Below are positions 15,756 through 26,180 of a DNA stretch of 49,886 nucleotides, one piece after another. The stretch spans positions 1-49,886 of the forward strand of contig DATHGW010000153.1 of the NCBI GenBank assembly GCA_035317445.1, read 5' to 3'. The stretch comes from Puia sp. Lineage in GTDB: Bacteria; Bacteroidota; Bacteroidia; Chitinophagales; Chitinophagaceae. How positions within the stretch are numbered: position 1 is the stretch's first letter; the number at the start of each line of letters is the position of its first letter. Both the position numbers and the translations under genes were made by a program. The notes under the pieces are model-generated. The model searched no databases. It saw nothing but the letters and a program-made list of their open reading frames with translations, and was not told the origin of the DNA.

Positions 15756-18629
15756 ATGACTTTTACGCCATACCATGCAAAATATATTGCTCATGAACTG
15801 ATAAAAAGAAGCGCTTCGGATACGATACAGAAGTTGGCTTCTACTTTGGTTGACGCTCAAGTTGACCTAAACCCACATCAGGTAGAAGCTGCGTTATTTG
15901 CATTCAGCTCGCCCCTGTCAAAAGGAGCCATTCTTGCTGATGAAGTGGGCCTTGGAAAAACCATTGAGGCTGGCTTAGTCATTGCACAAAAGTGGGCAGA
16001 GCGAAAACTCAAGATATTAATTATTGTTCCTGCCAACCTGAGACAGCAATGGAGTCAAGAACTCCTGGATAAATTCTTTCTTCCTTCATTTATTTTGGAG
16101 GCGAAATCCTTTAACGAGGCCATAAAAAAGCAGCAGCTAAACCCCTTTCACAAGACTGAAATTGTCATTTGTTCATATCAGTTTGCGAGAAGCAAGGAAT
16201 CCTATGTTAAGTTAATCGACTGGGACTTGGTTGTTATCGATGAAGCGCACCGCTTGCGAAATGTTTACAAAACTTCAAATAAGATCGCCCGGTCAATTAA
16301 AAACTCGGTTGATAAATCTCCCAAAATCCTACTCACAGCGACGCCTTTGCAAAATAGTCTTTTAGAATTATACGGATTAGTCAGCATCATAGATGACTAT
16401 GCCTTTGGAGATTTTAAAAGTTTCAAAGCACAATATAGCAAGGTGAACGGTTCGGCTGAGGAAAGCACATTCAACGAACTAAAAGAACGATTAAAGCCCA
16501 TCTGCAAGAGAACACTACGTCGGCAGGTTTTAGAATATATCCGCTACACGAATAGAATAGCATTAGTTGAAGAGTTTTTCCCAACAGATGAGGAACAAAA
16601 GCTTTACGACTTAGTCACGGAATATCTTCAAAGAGACACGCTTTATGCTTTGCCAGCCAGCCAAAGAAAACTGATGACACTTATACTGAGAAGATTATTG
16701 GCGTCTTCGACCTATGCAATTTCAGGAACACTGGAATCTCTGGTTAAAAAATTGAATCTTGTTGTTGAAGATGCAAAGGATAGCAATACTGATTCAGAAA
16801 TTGGAGAGAACTTTGAGACTTTTGACGAACTAAAAGATGAGTGGCTGGAAGATAGTGACGAGGCAGAAGAAACTGAAGTTTCCGATCATGATATTCAAAA
16901 TATCAAAAGGGAAATTATTGCGCTTAAAGAATTTGAGGCACTTGCGAAATCAATTCAAATAAACTCAAAAGGAGAAAAATTATTTACCGCCCTAGACAAA
17001 GGTTTTAGTGAGCTGGAAAGACTTGGCGCCGCTCGCAAGTCTATCATTTTTACTGAAAGCACTAGAACCCAGGAATATTTAAGAAAAATATTGGAGGAGC
17101 GTGGATATCAGGGAAGCGTTGTCTTGTTCAACGGCACAAATAGCGATCTTAAATCGAGAGAAATATACCGTGCATGGTCTGAGAAGTACCAAGGGACGGA
17201 TAGAATAACGGGATCACGTACTGCCGACATGAGAGCTGCCATTGTAGATTATTTCAGAGATGAAGCTACTATAATGATAGCGACAGAAGCAGCGGCAGAA
17301 GGAATAAACCTTCAATTTTGTTCACTGGTGATTAACTACGACCTGCCTTGGAACCCTCAAAGAATTGAGCAAAGAATTGGACGCTGCCATCGATATGGAC
17401 AGAAATTTGATGTTGTTGTTGTCAATTTCTTGAACAAAGCCAACGCCGCAGATGTTCGGGTGTATGAATTATTAGAACAGAAATTCAATTTATTTAGTGG
17501 TGTCTTTGGAGCAAGTGACGAAGTATTGGGGAGTATTGAAAGCGGCGTTGATTTTGAGAAACGAATCGCTTCAATTTATCAAAATTGTCGAACGACAGAT
17601 CAAATATCTGAAGCATTTAATCAACTGAAAGCCGAACTTGAAGGCAGCATTTCTGATAGTTTAAGTAGAACGCGTCAAAATCTGCTCGAAAATTTTGATG
17701 AAGAAGTACATGAAAAATTAAAAATTAATCTCCAAGAGAGCAAGGCGTATTTATCGAAGTATGAATCTTGGCTTTGGAATATTACAAAGTATTTCCTGGG
17801 TGAAAATGCAGAATTTGCACTCGATGAGCATTCATTCACCCTAAAGCGCAATCCATTTGAGGGCCAAATAATACATCCCGGCCCATACAGAATTGGCAAG
17901 CACATAGAGGAAGCAAATATTTATAGAATAAGCCACCCTCTTGCCCAAAAAATCATTGAGCAATGCATATCCCTTGAACTTCCCCCAAAAGAGTTGACCT
18001 TTAATCTGTCAGAATCGCCGGTGAAAATATCTATTCTTAATTCTTTGGTCAATAAATCAGGCTGGCTCTTAGCAAAAAATCTCACCGTCACGACATTCGA
18101 CACCGAAGATCATGTCATCCTTTCTGCGATCAACGATGACGGAGAGAAGCTGGATAGCGAGCAATGTATAAGACTTTTTTCTCTTCCCGCAACCTCGCCA
18201 GAAGATGAAATATCTCTGATAGAGGAGAAGAAAAATCTTATTGAAAAAATAAATGAAGAAAAAAAGCTGGAAATTCTTGAGGCCATCGGAATTAAAAATG
18301 CGGTATATTTTGAAACGGAAATTGAAAAACTAGATAAATGGGGCGAAGACAGACGAAATTCCTTAAAAATAACGCTAAAGGATCTTGATGAGGAAATTCG
18401 CCAGTTAAAAAAACAGGCGCGCCTTGCCCCGAACCTACCGGAAAAACTGAAACTTGAAAAGGACAGAAGGAAACTAGAATCTGAAAGGGACGACGCATGG
18501 CGAGAATATGATGGCGCGGCAAAGGAAATAGACCAAACGAAAGAGGCGTTATTAGATCAAATCGAAAAGCGCCTTGAACAACAAATGACCGAGAATACTC
18601 TTTTTATTATTCGATGGAATATAAAGTAA
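15756..18629 (+). CDS. SNF2-family helicase (RM-associated)
   Basis: LADEVGLGKT, DEAH, LTATPLQN, ATEAAAEGINLQ, YDLPWNPQRIEQRIGRCHRYGQ, C-terminal coiled coil. Start MTFTPYHAKY at 15756. Confidence 0.92.
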   Translation: MTFTPYHAKYIAHELIKRSASDTIQKLASTLVDAQVDLNPHQVEAALFAFSSPLSKGAILADEVGLGKTIEAGLVIAQKWAERKLKILIIVPANLRQQWSQELLDKFFLPSFILEAKSFNEAIKKQQLNPFHKTEIVICSYQFARSKESYVKLIDWDLVVIDEAHRLRNVYKTSNKIARSIKNSVDKSPKILLTATPLQNSLLELYGLVSIIDDYAFGDFKSFKAQYSKVNGSAEESTFNELKERLKPICKRTLRRQVLEYIRYTNRIALVEEFFPTDEEQKLYDLVTEYLQRDTLYALPASQRKLMTLILRRLLASSTYAISGTLESLVKKLNLVVEDAKDSNTDSEIGENFETFDELKDEWLEDSDEAEETEVSDHDIQNIKREIIALKEFEALAKSIQINSKGEKLFTALDKGFSELERLGAARKSIIFTESTRTQEYLRKILEERGYQGSVVLFNGTNSDLKSREIYRAWSEKYQGTDRITGSRTADMRAAIVDYFRDEATIMIATEAAAEGINLQFCSLVINYDLPWNPQRIEQRIGRCHRYGQKFDVVVVNFLNKANAADVRVYELLEQKFNLFSGVFGASDEVLGSIESGVDFEKRIASIYQNCRTTDQISEAFNQLKAELEGSISDSLSRTRQNLLENFDEEVHEKLKINLQESKAYLSKYESWLWNITKYFLGENAEFALDEHSFTLKRNPFEGQIIHPGPYRIGKHIEEANIYRISHPLAQKIIEQCISLELPPKELTFNLSESPVKISILNSLVNKSGWLLAKNLTVTTFDTEDHVILSAINDDGEKLDSEQCIRLFSLPATSPEDEISLIEEKKNLIEKINEEKKLEILEAIGIKNAVYFETEIEKLDKWGEDRRNSLKITLKDLDEEIRQLKKQARLAPNLPEKLKLEKDRRKLESERDDAWREYDGAAKEIDQTKEALLDQIEKRLEQQMTENTLFIIRWNIK

Positions 18630-18635
18630 AAGCTT

Positions 18636-18845
18636 ATGAGCACAACTAATCCAAATGACACTCTTGCCGAGCAGATTGCAAAAAAACTGCTTGAGGCAGG
18701 CCTAATTGATAAATCGTCCGAAAAGGCGTTTATCAAGGGAATTAGTCTGGGCAACTATAAAGAATCCGATTGGAAAACACTCCTTGAAGAAATCATCAAC
18801 AAACCAAAACCTTCAGCCGATGAAACTAAAAACGCTGCAAATTGA
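18636..18845 (+). CDS. Small helical hypothetical protein coupled to the ATPase
   Basis: 69 aa; 6 nt after the helicase stop; overlaps the ATPase ATG at 18820. Confidence 0.7.
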   Translation: MSTTNPNDTLAEQIAKKLLEAGLIDKSSEKAFIKGISLGNYKESDWKTLLEEIINKPKPSADETKNAAN

Positions 18846-21162
18846 CGCTTTTAGGGGCGCGAGCAAGCCGTTAGTAATTGAATTCGACGGTGAAAAAGGC
18901 ATTACCATGATCTTCGGCGAAAATGGCAATGGTAAATCCACAATTACTGATTCACTTGTTTGCCTTTGCACTGGTGAACATGGATCGCTTGATGATAAAT
19001 CTTCAATAAACAAATCTTTTTATACCTCCATTTCACGGAAACCTGAAGACGTGAAGATCGCATTAAGCACAGATGCCGGAAGTTTTCTAACGACGCTTTC
19101 ATCCACAGCGACATTCGTTAAAACGCCTAACGTCGGTCACCCTATCATAAGGCATCTTCGTAGAAGTCAAATTACTCAGTTCATCGAAGAGCAGCCGCAT
19201 AAACGATATGAACAGCTTCATTCATTTATTGATGTCGGTAATATTTCCAAAAGCGAAGATGCTTTGCGAAAATTGATGAAGGACACTGAGGACGATCAGC
19301 GTGTTGCGATTAGCACTTTGAACAGTGCCTCGACAACCTTAGAGCAAGCATGGATAAAAGAAGGGAAGCCGCTTACAAGCTGGGAAGCTTGGGCAAAGCA
19401 GGAGACAGGCAAGGTTATCGAAACAGAGGAAAAAAAACATTCCCAACTTCAAAACGTCATTACGAAATGGAACTCTATTAAAGAAACGGAAACAAAATAT
19501 AAATCTGACGGACTTGATGTCGAACAAGCGAAAATAGCACAGAACGATGCAGAAGCAAAGATGAAGGCGGCACAAGAGGGAAATGAAAGCGCAAATACCG
19601 ATCTTCTTGCGCTCTTACAATCTGCAAAAAAATTCATTGCAGAAAAAGATCAGTTAAAAAATTGCCCCGTTTGTGAAAATAAAATTGGGCGGGACGAAGT
19701 CGTAAAATCTCTTGATTCAAAAATTGAATCAATGAATTCTTTCAAAGAACTCGTTTTGGGCGTAAGGACAGCGCGACAAAAAACGGACGGGAAAATTAAA
19801 ATTCGTGAATCCACCGGCTCTGCACTGATTCAGAAAGTCCAAGAGATTGAAAAAATAATCTCTGCAATTTCGAATGAGCCGTTCATAAGTATTGCCGCAA
19901 AACTTTTTTTTATAAAATCCGCCGACACTTCCGAAGAAAAGCTAATATCCCTTTCAGGCGTATTCCCTGAAATAAGTGCTGAAATCATAAATCAACAAAC
20001 AGCGGCCACAAAAATAAAAACTGCTATTGATCAACATAATTTAATCAAAGGACAGTATAAGTCGATTTTAGACTCTCGTATAAAATCAGAGAATACCCAG
20101 GAATTGCTTACCGCTGTTAAAGCAGCCCTCACCCACGTTGAAGAAACGAGGAAAGACTTTATTCAGAACGAATTGCTGTCAATTTCTTCGGATGTCGATG
20201 CGCTATACCAAAAATTGCATCCAAAAGAAAACTTGGGCGGAATTGCTCTTACATTGAAGAAGGCGGCTAAAAACTCATTGGAATTAAATGCCGATTTCTA
20301 CAACAAATCAGGGATCACGCCGCAATCTGTTTACAGCGAATCTCACCTGGACACGCTCGGAATTTGTGTTTTTCTTGCGATGGCAAAGAAATATGGCGCG
20401 GCAAATTCAATCCTCATTCTTGATGACGTTGTAATGTCCGTAGATGAAAATCACCTGGATCGTTTTATCGGGCTTCTGCATGACGAAGCGGATAATTTTG
20501 CGCATATTATTATAACGACACACTATAGGCCGTGGAAAGACAGATACAGATACAACAGAGCGCCAAGTCAAAAGGTACATTTTGTAGAGCTGAGGCCTTG
20601 GTCGCTGGATAATGGAATTAGAATTCAAAATGGCAGGCTTGCCATTGACGAACTTCGCCATGCAATTAACGACACGAGGTATTTTGACCGGCAGAAAATA
20701 GTCAGCATCTCCGGCATCATTCTGGAAAACGTATTTGACTATCTTTCCATTCTTTTTGGATGCAGGGTTTCTAGAAAAGCGAAGAATGACTATCAGCTCC
20801 GCGAATTGCTTGATTCGATATCTAAAAAACTCATGGATGTTATAAAGGTTGAGCACATTGGGAAGGATGCGGCAGGCAAATACGATCAATCAATCATTGC
20901 GAAGACCACTGATTTGAAAACAATATTGAATAACATAAAACAGTTGGCTATCGTGAGAAACTGGGTCGGCGCACACTATAACTACGATGGCTCTATGGTT
21001 AGCGATACGGATGTCGCACAATTGGGCAAGCTGACACTAGAACTTACTGAACTAATCACATGCCCGGATTCCGGAAACTTTCCCGATAGGAACAAGTCGG
21101 GATCGTATTGGGAAACAAAAAACGGATCAATCAGATTGTATCCCTTGGAAGAACCTAAATGA
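18820..21162 (+). CDS. Rad50/SMC-like ABC ATPase with zinc hook and C-terminal HEPN-like motif (RloC-like)
   Basis: FRG, Walker A GENGNGKS, coiled coils with CPVC hook, signature YSESH, Walker B LILDDVVMSVD, TTH switch, C-terminal RNWVGAH (R-x5-H). Confidence 0.8.
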   Translation: MKLKTLQIDAFRGASKPLVIEFDGEKGITMIFGENGNGKSTITDSLVCLCTGEHGSLDDKSSINKSFYTSISRKPEDVKIALSTDAGSFLTTLSSTATFVKTPNVGHPIIRHLRRSQITQFIEEQPHKRYEQLHSFIDVGNISKSEDALRKLMKDTEDDQRVAISTLNSASTTLEQAWIKEGKPLTSWEAWAKQETGKVIETEEKKHSQLQNVITKWNSIKETETKYKSDGLDVEQAKIAQNDAEAKMKAAQEGNESANTDLLALLQSAKKFIAEKDQLKNCPVCENKIGRDEVVKSLDSKIESMNSFKELVLGVRTARQKTDGKIKIRESTGSALIQKVQEIEKIISAISNEPFISIAAKLFFIKSADTSEEKLISLSGVFPEISAEIINQQTAATKIKTAIDQHNLIKGQYKSILDSRIKSENTQELLTAVKAALTHVEETRKDFIQNELLSISSDVDALYQKLHPKENLGGIALTLKKAAKNSLELNADFYNKSGITPQSVYSESHLDTLGICVFLAMAKKYGAANSILILDDVVMSVDENHLDRFIGLLHDEADNFAHIIITTHYRPWKDRYRYNRAPSQKVHFVELRPWSLDNGIRIQNGRLAIDELRHAINDTRYFDRQKIVSISGIILENVFDYLSILFGCRVSRKAKNDYQLRELLDSISKKLMDVIKVEHIGKDAAGKYDQSIIAKTTDLKTILNNIKQLAIVRNWVGAHYNYDGSMVSDTDVAQLGKLTLELTELITCPDSGNFPDRNKSGSYWETKNGSIRLYPLEEPK

Positions 21163-23231
21163 CAAAACTTAACGCGACCATGCCTCATATAGAAAAAATG
21201 CCCCTTACGTCGATGGACTTGAAAGAGGCTCAAATTGAAAAATTGAAAGAGCTATTTCCTGAAGCATTCACCGAGGGAAATAAAATCGATTGGGAGAAAC
21301 TAAAACTGACTCTTGGAGAGAACGTAGAGGTCGGCAAAGAACGCTTTGGCATGAATTGGCCTGGGAAGGCGGATTGTTTTAAAACAATCCAGCAGCCAAG
21401 CATCGCGACGCTCGTTCCCGTCAGAGAAGAGAGTATTGATTTTGATCAGACGCAGAATCTTTTTATAGAGGGAGATAACCTAGAGGTCTTAAAACTTCTC
21501 CAGAAGAGTTACTTGGGTAAAATAAAAATTATTTACATCGACCCACCTTACAATACCGGAAAGGATTTTATTTATCCTGATAATTACGCAGAAAATCTTA
21601 GCACCTATTTGGAATATACCGGTCAAGTTGATAGTGAAGGAAGAAAGTTTTCGATAAATACAGAAACCGATGGCAGATTCCACAGCAAGTGGATGAACAT
21701 GATGTATCCGCGCTTATTTCTTGCAAAGAATTTACTAAGAGAAGACGGTGTGATTTTTATTTCCATCGATAACAACGAGGTTCAGAACCTAAAAGCTATA
21801 TGCAATGAGGTGTTTGGTGAAGAAAATTTCATAGAATGCATTACTTGGAATAAACGAGTTCCCAAAAACGATAAAGGTATAGGCAATATCCATGAATATA
21901 TTCTCTTATATGTGAAGGATAAAAATTACAAACATGAATTTAAGATGCCCAAAGAGGGGATGGAAGAAATCGAAGAAGTACTGATCAAAATAAAGAACAA
22001 AAAAATTCCAATCAAAGAAGCTGAAGCAGAGATTTCAAAGCTCTTTAACAAGAAGGGATATGATCGAGGGATAACGCTGTATAACTCCCTGGATGAAAAT
22101 TATCGCCTGTGGGGGAAAATTAATATGAGTTGGCCTAACGCGGAAACTTATGGGCCAAGATATACTGTATACCACCCAGAAACCGGTAAAGAAGTAAAAA
22201 TTCCCGATCGCGGGTGGAGGTGGAAGCAGGAAACATTCGATGATGCGGCTAAAATAGTCAATGGAAAATATACTGATATTAAACAACTCCATGACGGATC
22301 ATTTGTTTGTGGAAGAATTTGGTTTGATTCTAATGAAAATACGCAACCAAGCTCGATTAATTATTTAGATGAGTTAGACTCACTGTTGTTGCGCTCAATT
22401 CTCTCACTAAAGAGCGATGGGGGCATCGAAGTTGAAAATATTTTCGAGGGAAAGAACTATTTTTCTTACCCAAAGCCCACAACACTGCTTCGGCTGCTTT
22501 TGGGGTCTGTCAAGCAAACTGAGAAAAACGAAATCATTCTAGACTTTTTTGCCGGATCATCAACAACAGCAGAAGCAGTATTGCAATTAAATGCTCAAGA
22601 TCTGGGCAATCATAGTTTCATTTCTGTGCAACTTCCCGAGCCTACAGAACCCGACTCTGAGGCCTACAAATCAGGATACAAAACTTTGGCTGAAGTAAGC
22701 AAGGAGCGAGTCAGGCGCGCGATCAAAAAAATCATTAATGAGAAAGGCCAAGTTAGTACTTCTAGCAAAGGGACATTGTTCGATAATACCGATAACACCA
22801 AAGAGCGAAAGTTAGATTTAGGTTTTAAGACATTCAACTTGCAAAAATCTAATTTCAAAGCTTGGGATACTTCTATTTCTAAAAGTGAAACCGCGGTTCA
22901 AAGTGCGCTTGACCTTCATGTTAGTCACGTTTCGGTGGAAGCGAAGGAAGAAGCTATCCTATATGAAATCCTTCTGAAATCAGGGTTTACACTTTCGACT
23001 GATATTAAAAAATTGACAATTGAAAATAGTTCCGTGTTTAGCATTGAAGGTGGGGAATTATTAATTTGTCTGGAAAGAAGCCTAAATCGCGAGCTGATTA
23101 AGGCAATCGCTGAAAAAGAACCCACTCGAGTCATTTGTCTTGATGAGGGATTTCAGAATAATGATCAGCTAAAGACAAATGCTGTTCAAATAATGAAAAG
23201 TAAAAACGTCCTCAATTTTAGAACTGTTTAA
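21159..23231 (+). CDS. mod: Type III RM methyltransferase subunit
   Basis: IEGDNLEVLK, YIDPPYNTG, FSYPKP, LDFFAGSSTT (beta-class amino-MTase order); ATGA overlap with the upstream gene. Confidence 0.93.
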   Translation: MTKLNATMPHIEKMPLTSMDLKEAQIEKLKELFPEAFTEGNKIDWEKLKLTLGENVEVGKERFGMNWPGKADCFKTIQQPSIATLVPVREESIDFDQTQNLFIEGDNLEVLKLLQKSYLGKIKIIYIDPPYNTGKDFIYPDNYAENLSTYLEYTGQVDSEGRKFSINTETDGRFHSKWMNMMYPRLFLAKNLLREDGVIFISIDNNEVQNLKAICNEVFGEENFIECITWNKRVPKNDKGIGNIHEYILLYVKDKNYKHEFKMPKEGMEEIEEVLIKIKNKKIPIKEAEAEISKLFNKKGYDRGITLYNSLDENYRLWGKINMSWPNAETYGPRYTVYHPETGKEVKIPDRGWRWKQETFDDAAKIVNGKYTDIKQLHDGSFVCGRIWFDSNENTQPSSINYLDELDSLLLRSILSLKSDGGIEVENIFEGKNYFSYPKPTTLLRLLLGSVKQTEKNEIILDFFAGSSTTAEAVLQLNAQDLGNHSFISVQLPEPTEPDSEAYKSGYKTLAEVSKERVRRAIKKIINEKGQVSTSSKGTLFDNTDNTKERKLDLGFKTFNLQKSNFKAWDTSISKSETAVQSALDLHVSHVSVEAKEEAILYEILLKSGFTLSTDIKKLTIENSSVFSIEGGELLICLERSLNRELIKAIAEKEPTRVICLDEGFQNNDQLKTNAVQIMKSKNVLNFRTV

Positions 23232-23233
23232 CT

Positions 23234-26158
23234 ATGAAATTAAAGTTTGACAGCACACAGGGATATCAAATAGAAGCAGTTGCTTCTCTTGTGAATCTAT
23301 TTGAAGGACAAACTCTCAATCAGCAGGAATTCACCGTAGAAATAGACACCTCTGTTGAAACCGGACAAACAAGTTTTATTCAATCAGAACTCGGTATTGG
23401 AAATAATATAGTTATCAGCGAAAATGCCCTTTATAAAAACTTCGTTAAAATTCAAGATAAAAATGATCTTGATCCAATTCAAGAAGTCAGCTTCTTAAAA
23501 AATGGAATGAATTTCTCTGTTGAAATGGAGACAGGAACCGGAAAAACCTATGTCTATCTGCGAACAATTTTGGAGCTAACCCAGAAATTTGGCTTTAAGA
23601 AATTTATCATTGTTGTCCCAAGTGTTGCAATCCGCGAGGGAACTCTCAAAAACCTTGAAATCACAAAGGAACACTTTCGAGCACTCTACAATAACGTAGA
23701 GTTTGAATATTTCGTTTACGACAGTAAGAAAGCAAATAGACTCCGGCAATTTGCTACAAGTAATCAACTGCAGATAATGGTGATTAACATTGATTCTTTC
23801 AGGAAAGACTTTTCTGATAGTGAAGAAGATAAAAAAAGTAACGTCATCTTTAAAGAGAGCGATAAATTATCTGGTCGGAAACCAATTGAATTTGTTCAGG
23901 CCACATGTCCTTTCGTAATTATTGATGAACCCCAAAGTGTAGACAATACTCCTAAAGCCCAAGAGGCTATTAAATCGCTAAACCCGGCATGCATTTTCCG
24001 TTTTTCGGCTACGCACAAAAATCTTTATAATCTTGTTTATAAACTCGACCCAGTTAAAGCATATGAACTTCGCCTGGTAAAGCAGATCGTTGTTGCATCG
24101 GTTACTGGCGCAAATGCTCAGAACGACGCCTACGTTAAACTATTAGAAGTTGATAACAAGAAAGGCATCCGAGCGAGGGTAAGAATTCAGGTAGAAGGAA
24201 AAAGCAAGGTAACAGAAAAGGATTTTTGGGTTAATCAAAACAGCGACCTTTTCGCCATATCAAACGAAAGAGAAGTCTATAGAACTGGATTTGAAGTATT
24301 AGACATTAATGCTGAACCTGGTAATGAGTTCATAGATTTTACCGTTGGCAGGCTGTACAAAGGCCAAGAAAGAGGTGGTATAAAAGGCGACTTAGTAAAT
24401 GTTCAAATCCGCAATACCATCAAGAAACATCTTGATAAGGAATTACAGCTCCGTGGTCAGGGGATTAAGGTTTTAAGCTTATTCTTTATTGATAAGGTGG
24501 CAAACTACAGGTCATATTCAGAAGACGGAAAAGCGACACCGGGAAAATTTGCTGAATCGTTCGAGCAAAACTACCAAGAACTTATCAAGCTTCCTCAATA
24601 TGCTGCCCTCAATGTTTTTCCCATAGAAAAAATACATGATGGTTATTTTTCGCAAGACAAAAAAGGCATACTAAAAGATACTTCTGGCACTACACAAGCC
24701 GACGATGATACTTACGCTAAGATCATGCGTAATAAAGAACAGCTTTTGTCATTGGAAGAGCCTCTGAAATTTATATTCTCACATTCGGCGCTCAGAGAAG
24801 GCTGGGACAATCCAAACGTGTTTCAAATATGCACGCTGAATGAGAGTCGCTCTGCCATCAAAAAAAGACAGGAAATTGGACGCGGTTTGCGGCTGCCTGT
24901 AGATCAAAATGGTGATCGTGTATTCGATGATAATATTAATAAACTGACGATCATAGCGAATGAAAGCTACGATGAATTTGCGTCTAAGCTTCAAAGCGAA
25001 TATGAAGAAGATTGTGGGGTTACCTTCGGAAAAGTTCCTAAAATGGCTTTTAAGGGAATCGTTCAATGGGCGGACGACAAAGAAATTATTTTCACCAAAC
25101 TGCAATCTGAAGAAATTTGGAATGCACTTATGGGCAGCGGATTTATTGATAAAGGAGGCAAAATATTGCCCTCTTTCCGTCCTTCTGATGATGGATTTAC
25201 TTTAAACCTGCCAACGGCCTTTAGCTCGACAGAAGCAGAAGTAATTAGCGTGCTCCAAAATTACCAGTTGGAGAGACATATCAAGAAAGATGAAGAACCA
25301 AAACGCTTAAGAATAAACAAGCAAGTATTTATTGATCCCGAGTTTGAAGTTCTTTGGAACAAGATAAAGCACAGAACGACATACCAGGTTGAATACAGCA
25401 CCGACAAACTTATTCAAAACTGTGCGGATTCAATTAAAGCAATGGAAGCAATAGAACCAGTCACTGTTAACTATCGTGAAGCACAGTTAGGCGTGGAAGC
25501 CAAAGGCGTCACCAGCCAAGAAATTAAAGCAAATATTCACAAAGTTTCTTTCACCGGCGGTCTGCCTGATATTATCGCATACATTCAGAAGCAGACTGAA
25601 TTAACCAGGAAGACAATTGTAGAAATTATCAAAGGCAGCGGCAGGCTTTCTGATTTTCTTGTCAATCCACAAAAGTTCATGGATGAAGTATCAACAATCA
25701 TTAACCGTGAACTTCATCGGCTAATGATTGACGGAATCAAATACGAGAAACTTACTGTTGGCCATACTGAGTGGAGCATGCAGTTGTTTAGAGAAGATGA
25801 GCTTAAAAATTATTTTGAGCAATGTCTTGAAGTTCAAAAATCTGTTTTTGATAAAGTAATCTATGACAGCGACATCGAACGAAAATTTGCTGAGGAGTTG
25901 GAAAAAAGAACAGACATTAAGCTCTTTGTCAAACTTCCTTCATGGTTCAGAGTTGAAACACCAATTGGTGAATACAATCCGGATTGGGCTATTGTAAAAC
26001 ATGAAGAAGCTACAATCTATATGGTTAGGGAAACCAAGGGGACAAGGGATTTCGAAAAGTTACGCAACTCAGAATCTGATAAAATCAAATGTGGGCGAAA
26101 ACATTTCCAGGCAATTGGCGTTAATTTTGATGTTGTAGTGTCCTCGGATCAAGTATGA
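23234..26158 (+). CDS. res: Type III RM restriction subunit
   Basis: EMETGTGKT, IIDEPQ, FSAT, ALREGWDNPNVFQIC, QEIGRGLRL, nuclease YNPDW...ETKG. Confidence 0.93.
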   Translation: MKLKFDSTQGYQIEAVASLVNLFEGQTLNQQEFTVEIDTSVETGQTSFIQSELGIGNNIVISENALYKNFVKIQDKNDLDPIQEVSFLKNGMNFSVEMETGTGKTYVYLRTILELTQKFGFKKFIIVVPSVAIREGTLKNLEITKEHFRALYNNVEFEYFVYDSKKANRLRQFATSNQLQIMVINIDSFRKDFSDSEEDKKSNVIFKESDKLSGRKPIEFVQATCPFVIIDEPQSVDNTPKAQEAIKSLNPACIFRFSATHKNLYNLVYKLDPVKAYELRLVKQIVVASVTGANAQNDAYVKLLEVDNKKGIRARVRIQVEGKSKVTEKDFWVNQNSDLFAISNEREVYRTGFEVLDINAEPGNEFIDFTVGRLYKGQERGGIKGDLVNVQIRNTIKKHLDKELQLRGQGIKVLSLFFIDKVANYRSYSEDGKATPGKFAESFEQNYQELIKLPQYAALNVFPIEKIHDGYFSQDKKGILKDTSGTTQADDDTYAKIMRNKEQLLSLEEPLKFIFSHSALREGWDNPNVFQICTLNESRSAIKKRQEIGRGLRLPVDQNGDRVFDDNINKLTIIANESYDEFASKLQSEYEEDCGVTFGKVPKMAFKGIVQWADDKEIIFTKLQSEEIWNALMGSGFIDKGGKILPSFRPSDDGFTLNLPTAFSSTEAEVISVLQNYQLERHIKKDEEPKRLRINKQVFIDPEFEVLWNKIKHRTTYQVEYSTDKLIQNCADSIKAMEAIEPVTVNYREAQLGVEAKGVTSQEIKANIHKVSFTGGLPDIIAYIQKQTELTRKTIVEIIKGSGRLSDFLVNPQKFMDEVSTIINRELHRLMIDGIKYEKLTVGHTEWSMQLFREDELKNYFEQCLEVQKSVFDKVIYDSDIERKFAEELEKRTDIKLFVKLPSWFRVETPIGEYNPDWAIVKHEEATIYMVRETKGTRDFEKLRNSESDKIKCGRKHFQAIGVNFDVVVSSDQV

Positions 26159-26180
26159 TACGATAAGTAAAATGTAAAAA

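Noticed and set aside
18706-18819. Extended N-terminus of the ATPase from the ORF track
   Set aside because: Overlaps the 69-aa gene; MKLKTLQIDAFRG at 18820 is the typical start of this fold. Similar over-extensions were trimmed at 15660, 13370, 29857, 35399, 46903 and 47736.
21159-23231. Phase-variable mod gene
   Set aside because: No simple-sequence repeat tract seen in the gene; the ORF is intact.
15756-26158. DISARM or BREX call based on the SNF2 helicase plus methyltransferase
   Set aside because: No DrmA/DrmB/DrmC or PglZ/BrxC genes; the MTase is paired with a clear Type III Res.
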